A stretch of DNA of 63,610 bases, counting the filler, from Octopus bimaculoides (lineage: Eukaryota): the NCBI RefSeq assembly GCF_001194135.2. It is 5 parts of 5 records of this genome, joined end to end, with 100 filler letters (N's around TTAATTAATTAA, not from the genome) between each part and the next. Parts side by side here need not be neighbours in the genome. Positions count along the whole stretch, not along the records: positions 1 to 16,666 come from NC_068983.1; positions 16,767 to 28,575 come from NC_068987.1; 3 more parts are not named here. The stretch is one strand, 5' to 3'. The notes beneath the pieces were generated by a model. It was given only the letters and a program-made list of their open reading frames with translations, did no database searches and was not told the origin of the DNA. Position numbers and translations under genes: made by a program. This document shows positions 12,159 to 24,840 of the stretch, piece by piece (the stretch's first letter is position 1; each line of letters starts with the position of its first letter).

Positions 12159-13991
12159 AGTATATAGTAGATTCTCCCATCGGCTTCGATGGACGTGGAT
12201 CTAACTGCTAATACTAACGCTGTTAAAATATCCAAGGAAATCATTTGTTTTCATGGTGAAAACTTGTGTAAAACCAACCACACATTTTGGAAATTCTAAT
12301 TGCAGAAAGTTCGTGCAAACGTTTACTCTTTTCTTTACACACACAAACTCAATCCTAAGGTGAAGGAACACTTGGAACGTGTTTTGCCATAGATATCAGT
12401 CAAACCAAGACTTGTGAATGAAACTGAGGAAACTGTATGGAAGCCTGTCGAATGAACAGCGTTTGTAAATCAAAGGACTTGGTCTCTCATCCAATCTCAC
12501 ACTAACATTTCCTACAGTAAATTTGTGCAATGCAAAGCGATGGCGTAGATAGCCAAGTCGGACCTCCAAGGAATATACGTGAAAATATTACATTACAGCT
12601 AATACAAACCTCACTGAATACTGAAAACTGTTTTCCCTGACGTGTGCTGGCACACATATTTCGAATGGTGCAAATCCTTTATAATAAAAACTGTATCTTC
12701 TATAATTTGGTGTTTATCTTTTTAAATAGTGATACCCTTGCTCTTTCAATTATATGGTAAATAGTTTACAATAAATGGGAAATTGCAAATAGTACCCCCT
12801 TCCATTATCTCCCTATTAAATAATAAATAGTTTACCTCTAGTTAATACTACGGCTGACAATCTTTCTAATCGGTACTGCTATTTAACCACTTATCGTATT
12901 TGACAGCTTACAAGAAGCCTACATTAAAAGAAAAAGAATATCCTAGGAAATTATCTTGTTTCTTATGAACACAAGGCAAGGGTTTGGATCCCTGTTAAGT
13001 AGTGGTTCAAGCACTATACAACCCCTTAAAATGAACCGCAGACAACTCTTTCCCAAGAATTATCGAGTTTTTAAGGTCATAATAATCTTATGTGCTTAAA
13101 GAAAATTAAGTAACAGAACTTGACCATGTACGTAAACAAACTGACAGTTGGCTTTTTACCGTAGTTTTACATCCTGCGCCAGTTTCACTGCGTTTTATTA
13201 GAAACCATTGCTCATTAAAATAAGAAATCTTCATAAAACTTTAACTTATTGTGTGTGTGTTTACAAATAATATAACTTTTGATAAAACGGACTTCCTTTA
13301 TAAATTGGTTTAACCTGCAAGTAGTACAATGTTTGCTTCATTGAACGACACAAACTATCTTATTGTTGTTAGTTGAATTCATTCGAGTTCAAAGCTTTCA
13401 GATTATTATTTCCATCTATCCATTTTCTCTCTCTACTATTCTAAAGGAAGTCTTAGGGGGTAGGGTTGGGTAGAGTCCGTAGGCAGCTTTTCTATAATGT
13501 CCTATCAGAAGCAACTACTATTATACTTTCCGGTTGGGTTCCCAAGTGCGACCAACTGAGACTATGAACATCATTCAACCACTACGTTCTTGTCTACCCT
13601 AGACCTCCTGCCAGTTGGCTTGGCTTGAAGAATCCGTCTTGTGATTCTTTGCTGCGACATTCTAATCACATGTTCATACTACTGGAGCTATGGCCTCTCA
13701 ATGCAAACAAGCAGCAGCTCAACCTGGAGAGACTCCTTGATCACCGAGCTAGGCACCCGGTTGAATAATGTTACTCCAGAGATAGTTCGGAGGAACCCCG
13801 TTCTGACTGCTTGTATTTGCGATTGTACTCCTGAGAATAGGCACGAAAACCGAATTGAAGACGGCAAGTTAGGATTTTTTCACTAACCTCTGTCCTCTGG
13901 GGATCTAATGCTAAAGTTGGCAGATCCCTGGGTCAACACCTGTAATTTCAGCATTCAATTCAGCCATCCGCCTCCTATCACTCGAGACATC

Positions 13992-14219
13992 TAACTCTTT
14001 AGCATTCAGATTTATTTTCACAAATGTAATGCTTTCTTATTCACATTTTAACAAATCAACCATATATCATCAAGTAGCTTTAAGATTTCAAATATGTGAT
14101 TGTCTGTTTATAGAATGGCATTGCAGAGTAGATGTGAGAGGCCAGATCTAGCCAATCTGAACATAAAGCAGGAAGGATATTTGGGTTGGATATGGTGACT
14201 TAAAATACTCTGGAGTTAA
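13992..14219. mobile_element. Diverged piggyBac-like MITE
   Basis: Ends taactctttagcatt and aaatactctggagttaa approximate TTAA-CCCTTTAGCATT inverted termini. Confidence 0.4.
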
Positions 14220-14931
14220 ACTTCTCCACTTGTCTCGGTGATGTTCCGCTAACATAGAGGGTGCACGGAGAAGACTTTTTGCGAGGATTAATATCTTAGT
14301 CTTCGCAACACAGTCACAGAGAAGATATGCTCACGCAATTGTTGCTTATGAGTTACAAGTAATAACACTTCGTGGGATTTGAACTGAATGTTTCAATTTC
14401 CGAGTGTGCAAAAAATGTAGGACAGCAGCAATAAAAGTGATGATTTCCAGAAAAAGGATAAAACGAAAAATTTTACAATAATTTTCTTCGAGAAGCCAGC
14501 CCCAGTCAATAATTATACATTTGGCGAAATCGATTGAATATTTACTTTTGTTTATTACACTTCCAGTGTTCCATATACTATCGGCAAAAACGAATTGCTT
14601 AGTAGAATGCAAACAAGAGGAAAAACTAAATGAAATAAAGGTATTTTTGTAATATAATAAGCGAAGCATTTAGTAATATAATATATCATTAACTAATAAC
14701 TTATTTATACAGTGTTAAATCAGATTTAAACAATTTTGTATTTTATATTTTATATCAGTTATTTTACCTATAAATTAGATTACAGATTTCATCTGTAATT
14801 AGAGTAATTCTGAGACGAAATTTCGTTGAGTTTGAAACGCTATTTTAATACATCAATCAATTAAAATTGTTATGGATGTTTTATGAGTCTGGTATATATT
14901 CATGGCTATTTTAGAATTTAACTGAAACATA

Positions 14932-15404
14932 TACAGGGTATCCGGGTTAAATTTGACGATTTATTACGCCTCCTTTTCTTTTTCCTTTCCCCAACTATTT
15001 TTTTTTCAGGAACAGCTTCATGAATTGGTAAACAATCAACGGCATTGGGGAGCATAAAGATTAAGCTTGTAGTTGAGAAAAAGTTAGCTGTTGCGGAGGA
15101 GTGGAAGCCGTCTAAATATTGGAAAAGAGTTACCTGTATCATGAAGATTCACACCGTGTATCAACATGCCAACTTAAAGACTGCTGTTCAATCTTCTGTG
15201 AACACTGTAAAGGCTGTAAGAAATGACATGGACAGTTGCAACGGATGGTTTGAAGCCTGGCCTGCAGGAAGGAACACAGCAGGCGTACTGACTGCGTCCG
15301 TACATTGGAATTCATCCCCGATTCCTTGAACAATCCGAATACATCAGTTTTTAAAATAACGCGATAATGAGGAAAGCTACGAATGTTCGGCGAAAGCAAA
15401 AGTC
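14932..15404 (+). mobile_element. Tc1/mariner 5' remnant
   Basis: TA-CAGGGT terminus; degraded transposase N-terminus QSSVNTVKAVRNDMDSCNG...DCVRTLEF. Confidence 0.55.
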
Positions 15405-16035
15405 GGATCTTTTTTAAAACGGGGGCCACATTTTTCATTAACGAAACACTTTGAAACTTGGAACACTGGTAGAATGTGTCATATAAAACATCTTTTTCTC
15501 TTAGTCTTCTTAAAAAAAAGAAATCCATAAGTTATTCCATGTGAAAGTTGTCGTATTTCTGTAATTTCAACCAATCACTGACGTCCATTCAGCCGATATA
15601 CATTAAGTGCCGACTACATAAACAAACGATTCTGAAACAATTAACCCTAACCCTAACCCTAACCGTAGGGTTAGGGCTAGGGTTAGGGTTAGGGTTAAAG
15701 CAAATTTAAAATGAAAAAAGCAAATAAAACGAAGGTATGGAGATTANNNNNNNNNNNNNNNNNNNNNNNNNNNNNNNNNNNNNNNNNNNNNNNNNNNNNN
15801 NNNNNNNNNNNNNNNNNNNNNNNNNNNNNNNNNNNNNNNNNNNNNNNNNNNNNAGTGATTGGTTGAAATTATCGAAATAAGACAATTTTTTACATGAAAT
15901 AAATTCGAATACAAAAATTTTTTTCTGTTCTATAACACAAAATAGATAAGTATACGAAGTTTGAAAGTCTTTCCGTATCAAAAACACTACGTAAAACATT
16001 AATGAAAAATGTGGCCCCCGTTTTAAAATAGATCC
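15405..16035. mobile_element. MITE with 37-bp TIRs, 8-bp TSD and an internal telomere-repeat palindrome
   Basis: TIR GGATCT(T/A)TTTTAAAACGGGGGCCACATTTTTCATTAA at 15405-15441 and 15999-16035. Flanks CAAAAGTC / CGAAAGTC. (CCCTAA)n-(TTAGGG)n at about 15641-15697. Confidence 0.85.
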
Positions 16036-16089
16036 CGAAAGTCTTTGTTTTTAAACAAATTTTTCAAAGATCCTGCTAAATCCACATAC

Positions 16090-16510
16090 GCAGGAGTGGC
16101 TGTGTGGTGGGTGGCTTGCTTGCCAACCACATGGTTCTGGGTTCAGTCCCACAGCGTGGCATCTTGGGCAAGTGTCTTCTACTATAGCCTCGGGCTGACA
16201 AAGCTTTGTGAGTGGATTTGGTAGACGGAAACTGAAAAAAACCCGTCGTATATATGTATATGTACATATGTATATGTATATATGTGTGTGTTTGTGTGTT
16301 TCTGTGTCTGTGTTTGCCCCCCAACATCGCGTGAAAATTGATGCTGGTGTGTTTGCGTCTCCGTAACTTGGCGGTTCGTCAAAAGAGATCGATAGAATAA
16401 GTACTAGGCTTACAAAGAATAAATCCTGGGGTCGATTTGCTCGACTAAAGGCGGTGCTCCAGCATGGCCGCAGTCAAATGACTGAAACAAGTAAAAGAGT
16501 AAAAGAGTAA
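16090..16510 (+). mobile_element. SINE family A, near full length
   Basis: gcaggagtggctgtgtgg head with GGTTCAGTCCC B box, through to the gtaaaagagtaaaagagt tail. Confidence 0.9.
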
Positions 16511-16666
16511 AATACGTCTAACAAACCGTCACACGTGGTACACGATACTTAAAGTCAAGACAGTTTCTCGTTGATCGAATAACTAGAACAATCGCCGTGG
16601 AAATCGGTGCCAAGTCATTTTACTTTCTTCACCTTGGGTATTTCGTTCAACATCCTTAAACAACAC

Positions 16667-16766
16667 NNNNNNNNNNNNNNNNNNNNNNNNNNNNNNNNNN
16701 NNNNNNNNNNTTAATTAATTAANNNNNNNNNNNNNNNNNNNNNNNNNNNNNNNNNNNNNNNNNNNN
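16667..16766. other. Artificial 100-bp scaffold join: 44 N + TTAATTAATTAA + 44 N (same pattern centred at 28620, 41799 and 49255)
   Basis: The identical 12-mer, with stops in all six frames, sits centred in N runs four times. Confidence 0.9.
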
Positions 16767-17244
16767 ATGAGCCAGTCCAGGGGCACCGGCAATGATCTTG
16801 CTCGAAAAACCTCATGCGTCGCCTGCACATGAGTCAGTCCAGGGGCACTGGCAACGATCCCGCTCGAAAAAGCTTCCTTAATAATAGTAATTATAACAAT
16901 AACAATGATAATGTTGTTTTTATTAACCACTAACGGTTCACAAAAATATTGGGGCTGGTACAGGATGATACAATGTGGAATTACACGAAAGAACATAATT
17001 AACAATAAATTTTAAGCAATGAAAAATTTCCAAAAGCGAGAGACTTCCAAGTGCTACTTGTGGAAACCTTGCATAACCATGGTTACCTTGACTACAAAGG
17101 CAAGTGTCTTCTCCCTGTAGTTCTTCAATCTACAAGAGCATGATCAGAGTAGGCCCCCTTCACTTGGACCATGCTCTTCACTTTGATTCACCTTTCAACA
17201 AATTTGCTGAGGCAGCATTTCCCTCTCTACCTTCACTTTCTTTT

Positions 17245-17950
17245 TCTGTAGTAGATGACACCAGCGCTGGACCACCAAACAGATACCATTAGCTTCCTTT
17301 GGTGAATATTCTTTTTTAAATTGTGTTTTGGCACCTTGTTTCTATCCAACTATCATGCAGAATGCTTGCCATTGTTGAAAAAAAATCCATTTCTCATCAC
17401 ACATAGCAATATGATGCAAAATGATTCACTTTTATGCCATGACAGCAAAGAACAGCAAGTTTCAAGATGATGTGTCATTTGATGCTTGTTCAGTTCATGT
17501 GGTACCCACTTGTCCAGCTTCTTTACCTTGCTGATTTGTTTCAGATGGTCCAAAAGAGTTGGAATCAAAACATCAAACCTTGCTGCTGACTCATGTGTAG
17601 TTTGAGATATATCTGCTTTCACTACAGTTTCCAGCTCCTCATCATTATCCACCTTGGTCTCAGGTCTATCACAGGGCTGATTTTCAAGAGTAAATTCACC
17701 AGACCAGAACTTCTCAAACCATCAACATACAGTGCACTCATTCGCCACATCTTCACCAAGCACCTCGTTGATGTTTCAAGCTGTCTGGGATGCATTGGTT
17801 CCACAACGGAACTCATATTCATAAACAACACAAATTTTCTATCTATCCATGGATTCACAAAAATTGATTTACAAGAGAAAACTCACAATATACCATTGCA
17901 TTTCAAAAAGTGATGATGTAACTCTTTAATATTGTAAAATGAAAAATTGT
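17245..17950 (-). mobile_element. Mariner transposase remnant
   Basis: KVKKLDKWVPHELNKHQMTHHLETCCSLL (WVPHEL motif) and NIHQRKLMVSVWWSSAGVIYY; frameshifted. Confidence 0.85.
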
Positions 17951-18358
17951 CAGGATAAAACATTTGAGTTAATGACCGTCAAACTTGGTGCATGAGAAAA
18001 TTAGACATTTCATTCATAATGACTTGATAGCTATCTCTCAGAGTCAATTGAAAATCTACACTTAGGAAATAAAGAATGAAAATAGCACTCATACCAATGT
18101 GATAAGACAGACTGGGTTAGTTTACTGATTAGATAACATTTTTTAAACACATTAATTACTTGAGCAACTAGTGTTGGGTTATGAAAGAAAAAGCTCATAT
18201 TGATTTCAAATTTTGGCACAAGGCCAACAATTTTGGGAAAGAGGATTAGTCGATTATATTGACCCCTGTATTTGACCCAATTGGTACTTGTTTTATCATC
18301 CCCGAAAAGATGAAAGGCAAAATCAACTTCAGCAGAATTTAATGAACAAACTCAGATT

Positions 18359-18567
18359 GGTATCAAATTTTTGGTACAACAATTTCAGGGGAGGAAGTTG
18401 GTGGATTACATCAACTCTAGCGCTTGACTGGTGCTTATTTTATCAACTCCAAAAGGATGAAGGGTGGAGTCGACTTCAGCAGAATTTAAACTCAGAGCAT
18501 AAAAATGGACGAAACAATGCTAAGCATTTTGCCCAGCATGCTAACAATTTTGCTGGCTCTCCACCTA
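18359..18567 (-). mobile_element. tRNA-derived SINE family B with an 18-bp TSD
   Basis: TSD AATGAACAAACTCAGATT at 18341-18358 and 18568-18585; directly beside a truncated copy of the same family (about 18200-18340). Confidence 0.8.
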
Positions 18568-18819
18568 AATGAACAAACTCAGATTAATATGTTTTCTGTC
18601 TTGCTATGGAATTAGGACTTTGAGGGCCATTTTGGCAGGTTGGAATCTAGATTTAACTCCTCTGTTTCATTGTTTGTTTAACAGATGGTTTAATAATTAA
18701 TCAAGGTTTGTTCAACATTATTTTTCATACAGTTCAGGATATCAGTTGAATGTATTTTGTAATTGTAAATGTTGATTTTTGAATTATCTCCCTTGCTTCT
18801 CTTGACTAGAATTATCCTT

Positions 18820-19200
18820 TATTTTTTTACCTGTTTCAGTCAATGGACTGAAGCTATGCCAGGACACTGTCTTGAAGAGTTTAGTCAAACATTTCACCTC
18901 AGTATTTATTTTTTTAAAGCCTGGTACTCACTTCATTGGTCTTCTTTGCCAACCTGCTGAGTTATGGGATGTAAACAAACCAACACCAGTTGTCGCATGT
19001 TGGTGGGGGACACAGGCACAAAGACACAAACACACACACATTTATATATGACAGGCTTCTTTCAGTTTCCATGCACCAAATTCACTCATAAGACTTTGGT
19101 CAACCCAGGGCAAACACTTGCCCAAGGTACTGAGCAGTGGGACTGAACCTGAAATTACATGATTGGAAAGTAAGCTTCTCAGTCACACATCCACACCTAA
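18820..19200 (-). mobile_element. SINE family A (diverged)
   Basis: Reverse-complement tail, body and head motifs. Confidence 0.7.
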
Positions 19201-19409
19201 ACGTAAAAACTTTTTGCTCATCATGACTGGTGTCATTTTCTATCATTTTGCTTTTTTTGAATATCATTGAATTAGCACTACCTTGTGGTGTTTAGTTGTG
19301 AGTCTTTGCATTCTTATCTCAAATCCCACTGAGTTGAACATTGCGCTCCAGCCTTCCAGGGTCAATGTAATACAGTAGCAACAAAGAAAAAAAAATAGGG
19401 GCGATTTAA

Positions 19410-19609
19410 CCCTTTTGGAACCAATTTCCTTGAAACCACCCATAATTCTATGATACAAATTACCTGTTTCAAAGTAATTTAAATTAAAAACTTTAGCAAA
19501 ATTCCATCACCTTAATAATGACAGTTATTTTTTAATTAATTCTTCACAGTTTTCAAATTTAATTGTGAAAAAGGCAGTGTATTTCAACAGAAATAGGTTA
19601 ACGAGAGGG
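19410..19609. mobile_element. piggyBac-like MITE
   Basis: TTAA-CCCTTT...GAGGG-TTAA: TTAA TSD with CCC/GGG termini. Confidence 0.65.
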
Positions 19610-20024
19610 TTAATTGACAGTAATAAAATTTTTTATTGCTTACTATTTCCTCCTTAGTTATTCTCTGATATGGAAGCTATTTCCTATTTATTAGTGCTTT
19701 GTTCTATTTTCAAAAAAGTATATGTCTGCAAGTGCAGGTATGGCATCAGGTGTAGGAATGGTTGTGTGATTAAGAAGCTTGCTTTGCAACTGTGTGGTTT
19801 CATGTTCAGTCCCACTGTGTAGCAACTTAGTCAAGTGTTTTCTACTACAACCCTAGGCCAACCAATGCTTTGTGAGTGAATTTGGTAGATAGAAACTATA
19901 TAGAAGCTTGTCACACACAAGGCTATAGTAGAAGACACTTGCCAAAGGTGCAGTGGGACTGAATCCAGAACCATGTGGTTGGGAAGCAAGCTTCTTCCCA
20001 CACAGCCACTTCTGTACTTATATA

Positions 20025-20269
20025 CAGGGTGAGCCAAAAGTAGCTATACACTTTGAAATTCTTTCATTTTATTGCTTTTACACTCATTTATTACAATTAC
20101 ATTTATGAAACACAGTTTAATCTCATAAATGATCGAAATGTCCTCCTTCAACATGGGAACATTCCTCAAACGTCCCAGAACACTGTAACACACAGCACAT
20201 TATTCACGGTACCTGTAAAAATCGAATAAGTTAATTTTAAAATTGTTTACCTACTTTTGGCCCACCCTG
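20025..20269. mobile_element. Tc1/mariner-derived MITE
   Basis: TA-CAGGGTGAGCCAAAAGTAG ... CTACTTTTGGCCCACCCTG-TA. Confidence 0.8.
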
Positions 20270-20679
20270 TATATTATATAAAATTTTCAACGTGCGATAG
20301 AATCGAAGTATTTAAATAGTGAAGACACCAACTTATGCACTAGCAGTGTGTATGGACACTCACACAGTTACTAAAGTAAATATAGATTTGTCACTCCAAT
20401 TATGTATGCATTCACAAGTACTGACAGAATACACAGCATGTATGCAAAGTCACACAGGAGTACACTCACTGCACATATTCCACAGTTGACTATAGGCTCC
20501 GTATTTATAGATTTTTCACATCTATAATTTTATTAAACAGTTATTAACAGCATCCTTTACTGGACCTATACGCATTGCAACTGCATATTGTTGGATATGC
20601 AATCTGGTGTCATGGCCGGTGCAGTTTCATCAAGGTCCTTACTCTCTGCCGTTTTATAATTGATGAAGGAAACAAAAGA

Positions 20680-20846
20680 TGTGGTAAGTAGCTTGCTTAG
20701 CAACCACATGGTTCCGGGTTCAGTCCCACTGCGTGACATCTTGGGCAAGTGTCTTCTACTATAGTCTCGGGCCGACCAAAGCCTTGTGAGTGGATTTGGT
20801 AGACGGAAACTGAAAGAAGCCCATCGTATATATGTATATATATATG

Positions 20847-20902
<56 letters not shown>

Positions 20903-20909
20903 TGTGTCT
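20680..20909 (+). mobile_element. SINE family A 5' half (runs into gap)
   Basis: Head gtggtaagtagcttgct...ggttcagtcccactgcgtg. Confidence 0.8.
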
Positions 20910-21587
20910 NNNNNNNNNNNNNNNNNNNNNNNNNNNNNNNNNNNNNNNNNNNNNNNNNNNNNNNNNNNNNNNNNNNNNNNNNNNNNNNNNNNNNNNNNNN
21001 NNNNNNNNNNNNNNNNNNNNNNNNNNNNNNNNNNNNNNNNNNNNNNNNNNNNNNNNNNNNNNNNNNNNNNNNNNNNNNNNNNNNNNNNNNNNNNNNNNNN
21101 NNNNNNNNNNNNNNNNNNNNNNNNNNNNNNNNNNNNNNNNNNNNNNNNNNNNNNNNNNNNNNNNNNNNNNNNNNNNNNNNNNNNNNNNNNNNNNNNNNNN
21201 NNNNNNNNNNNNNNNNNNNNNNNNNNNNNNNNNNNNNNNNNNNNNNNNNNNNNNNNNNNNNNNNNNNNNNNNNNNNNNNNNNNNNNNNNNNNNNNNNNNN
21301 NNNNNNNNNNNNNNNNNNNNNNNNNNNNNNNNNNNNNNNNNNNNNNNNNNNNNNNNNNNNNNNNNNNNNNNNNNNNNNNNNNNNNNNNNNNNNNNNNNNN
21401 NNNNNNNNNNNNNNNNNNNNNNNNNNNNNNNNNNNNNNNNNNNNNNNNNNNNNNNNNNNNNNNNNNNNNNNNNNNNNNNNNNNNNNNNNNNNNNNNNNNN
21501 NNNNNNNNNNNNNNNNNNNNNNNNNNNNNNNNNNNNNNNNNNNNNNNNNNNNNNNNNNNNNNNNNNNNNNNNNNNNNNNNNNNNNNN

Positions 21588-21692
21588 GGGTACATGGAGT
21601 AAATAAAATAATAGCATAAACAATTAAATATAAGAAATAATAATTTCTTAAAGTATGTGTTAATCCCCATGTACCCAGACTTTGTGGACACC

Positions 21693-21695
<3 letters not shown>
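21588..21695. mobile_element. Right end of a mariner-type MITE (rest in gap)
   Basis: Ends ...tttgtggacaccctg-TA; internal gggtacatgg/ccatgtaccc inverted pair. Confidence 0.5.
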
Positions 21696-21729
<34 letters not shown>

Positions 21730-23189
21730 CAAACACATATACACATACATAGTGGATTTTTTTAGTGTTTTTCTACCAAATCCACTTACATGGCTTTGGA
21801 TGGCCTAGGGTTGTAATAGAATATGCCTGCCCAAAATGCCTGCCCAAAATGCCTGCTGTGGGACTGAACCCAAAACCACATGGTTGAAAAGCAAGCTTCT
21901 TAACCACAAAATCCCATTTAGATCAATTTTGACTTTCATCCTTCCAGTGTTGATCAAATAAAGTATCAATCAAATATTGGGTTGATTTAATCAACAATAA
22001 CCAGCCACCAGTTTATATTACCTTGTGCAAATGCTTGAAATCAATATTATCATCATCATCAGCAGCAGCACAACCATCTCTATATAATATTCGGAAAAAT
22101 ATCTCACCTGGCACTTGCTCTTTATTCCATTTCATATATCCTCAAGCTTCATTTAAATAAAAAATGTATATATTTACATTCTTTCTTCATTCAATCCTAA
22201 ATTAATGTTCAAAATTTAATTTGAGGAATTTTATTTTTATTAAACTGAAAGCAAATGTCATGTATAAAATAAATATATTTAAGATTCAAATAATTCTCTC
22301 TCTCTCTCACTCTCTTACTCTCTTTATCTATTAATTCATCTCTCATTCTCTCTATCCATTTCAATCTCCCTCTCACTCCCACCTCTTTTCATTTCACTAT
22401 TACTTTATTATTAGGAATGGATTATTATTATTATTATTATTATTATTATTGTTGTTGTTGTTGTTGTTGTTATTACAGTGCATATGAAATCAATTGTCTT
22501 AAGCTGTAATTCTCAATATTCTACACTATGAGAATTTCTTTTCTTTTTTGTCTTTTTTCTTTTTTATTTTTTTATTTTTCTAGAGTTTTCAAAAATTCCT
22601 TGTCAGNNNNNNNNNNNNNNNNNNNNNNNNNNNNNNNNNNNNNNNNNNNNNNNNNNNNNNNNNNNNNNNNNNNNNNNNNNNNNNNNNNNNNNNNNNNNNN
22701 NNNNNNNNNNNNNNNNNNNNNNNNNNNNNNNNNNNNNNNNNNNNNNNNNNNNNNNNNNNNNNNNNNNNNNNNNNNNNNNNNNNNNNNNNNNNNNNNNNNN
22801 NNNNNNNNNNNNNNNNNNNNNNNNNNNNNNNNNNNNNNNNNNNNNNNNNNNNNNNNNNNNNNNNNNNNNNNNNNNNNNNNNNNNNNNNNNNNNNNNNNNN
22901 NNNNNNNNNNNNNNNNNNNNNNNNNNNNNNNNNNNNNNNNNNNNNNNNNNNNNNNNNNNNNNNNNNNNNNNNNNNNNNNNNNNNNNNNNNNNNNNNNNNN
23001 NNNNNNNNNNNNNNNNNNNNNNNNNNNNNNNNNNNNNNNNNNNNNNNNNNNNNNNNNNNNNNNNNNNNNNNNNNNNNNNNNNNNNNNNNNNNNNNNNNNN
23101 NNNNNNNNNNNNNNNNNNNNNNNNNNNNNNNNNNNNNNNNNNNNNNNNNNNNNNNNNNNNNNNNNNNNNNNNNNNNNNNNNNNNNNNNN

Positions 23190-23214
<25 letters not shown>

Positions 23215-23220
<6 letters not shown>

Positions 23221-23640
23221 ATGTATGTATTCTTTTACTAGATGCAGTCATTTGGCTGCAGCCATGCTGGAACACAGCCTTAAAGGGTTTTAGTCATAGA
23301 AATTGACCCCAGGACTTATTCTTTGTAAGCCTAGTACTTATTCTATCAGTCTCTTTTTGTCAAACCGTTAAGTTACAGGGACATAAACACACCTACATCA
23401 GTTGTCAAGCGATGGTTGGGGTGACAAACAAAGACATGCAAACATAAATATATACATAAAAATATATATAATATATATGATGGGCTTCTTTCAGTTTCTG
23501 TCTACCAAATCCACTCACAAGGCTTTGGTTGGCCTGAAGCTGTAGTAAAAGACACTTGTCCAAGGTGTCACATAATGGTGCTGAACCCAGAACCATGTGG
23601 TTGGGAAGCAAGCTTTTTACCACACAGCCATGCTTGTGCC
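23215..23640 (-). mobile_element. SINE family A
   Basis: Reverse-complement tail, body and head. Confidence 0.8.
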
Positions 23641-24509
23641 TATAGCCTATGTATGTATATATGTATGTGTGTGTATGTATGTATGTATATATATTTATAC
23701 ATTTTTATATTTATATAAATATCATTCTCATCATTTAATGGTCATATTTCATGCTGGCATGGGTTGGTCAGTTCAATAGAGTCCAACTAGCCTGAAGACT
23801 GCTTAGGTCTCCAGTGTCTACTTTGGCAAGTTTTCTATGGCAGGATGCTCTTCCTAGTTGCAAACAATTTACAGAGTGTACTAGTTACCTTTTTCGTGGC
23901 ACCAGAACTAGTAAGGTCACCAAGTTACTCACAAAACAAGACCCTTTTGACACAGTAGAGTTACAGTATTGAGGTTTGTGATTTTGTGTCTGATGTCAAG
24001 AGGCTAAAGTAGAAAAGAAGGATGAGAACATGTGCCTTGCTGTAGAGAAGATGTGTAGCTACCCCAGCAGAAAAGGAAGAAAGGATGGTGGTGATGAGCT
24101 ATCAGGGCATATTCTCAAGGTACAAGAATCAAGGGTGAATGGATGGGTAAGTATGTTCTTGAGATTGTGAAAGCCAACTGACAGGCTGCAGAGGTGGTAA
24201 CAGAAGGGAAAGCTGTAAATGTTGGATAAGAATGGACGCACGGGCAATGGTGAGTCTGAATTAGAAGAAATGTGAGGAAAATAGGAGTGGGTCATGGAGG
24301 AGGCAGCAATAGATGGTAATACATACATAAAAAAAAAGGAGTGGTGTTGGTATGATAAAACAGTGTATAGATGAGAAATAGGGGAATGAGATGAAGTGTT
24401 GGAAAGAGAGAGAGAGCTGCAGAACAACAACAATCAATTGCCATTTGAGCTAGAAGGGATCCTCTACACAGTAATTCACCCTTCTAGAAATAACAGAGTC
24501 TCCTTCAAA

Positions 24510-24840
24510 TCACAACCTGCTGTCTCCCGTGGCATGTGTAAGGACTTTCAAGCGAGATCGTTGCCAGTGCCCCTGGACTGGCTCTTGTGCGGGTGGCACA
24601 TAAAATACACCATTTTGAGCATGGCCGTTGCCAGTACCGCCTGACTGGCCTTCGTGCCAGTGGCACATAAAGGCACCCACTACACTCTTGGAGCAGTTGG
24701 CATTAGGAAGGGCATCCAGCTGTAGAAACTCTGCCAAATCAGATTGGAGCTTGGTGTAGCCATCTGGTTTCACCAGTCCTCAGTCAAATCGTCCAACCCA
24801 TGCTAGCATGGAAAGCGGACGTTAAACGACGATGATGATA
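24510..24840 (+). mobile_element. Dispersed repeat with an RTE-like tail ending (GAT)n
   Basis: ...ttggcattaggaagggcatccagc...catgctagcatggaaagcggacgttaaacgacgatgatgat. Related copies at about 16770-16870, 23720-23950 (-), 25220-25430 (-) and 26450-26730. Confidence 0.7.

Noticed and set aside
14769-14840. Phase 2-to-2 candidate exon ending LIYR
   Set aside because: Lacks the DWEF motif and EAR pattern, has a weak acceptor, and is probably coincidental.
15641-15697. Head-to-head telomere repeats as a chromosome fusion scar
   Set aside because: Short, enclosed by MITE TIRs, and TTAGGG repeats recur in a second copy of the same element.
20550-20680. GC-richer island open in several frames
   Set aside because: No recognisable peptide and weak splice sites; cannot be supported as an exon.
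22088-22135. Strong minus-strand donor CAG|GTGAGA
   Set aside because: All three frames from the nearest acceptor contain stops.
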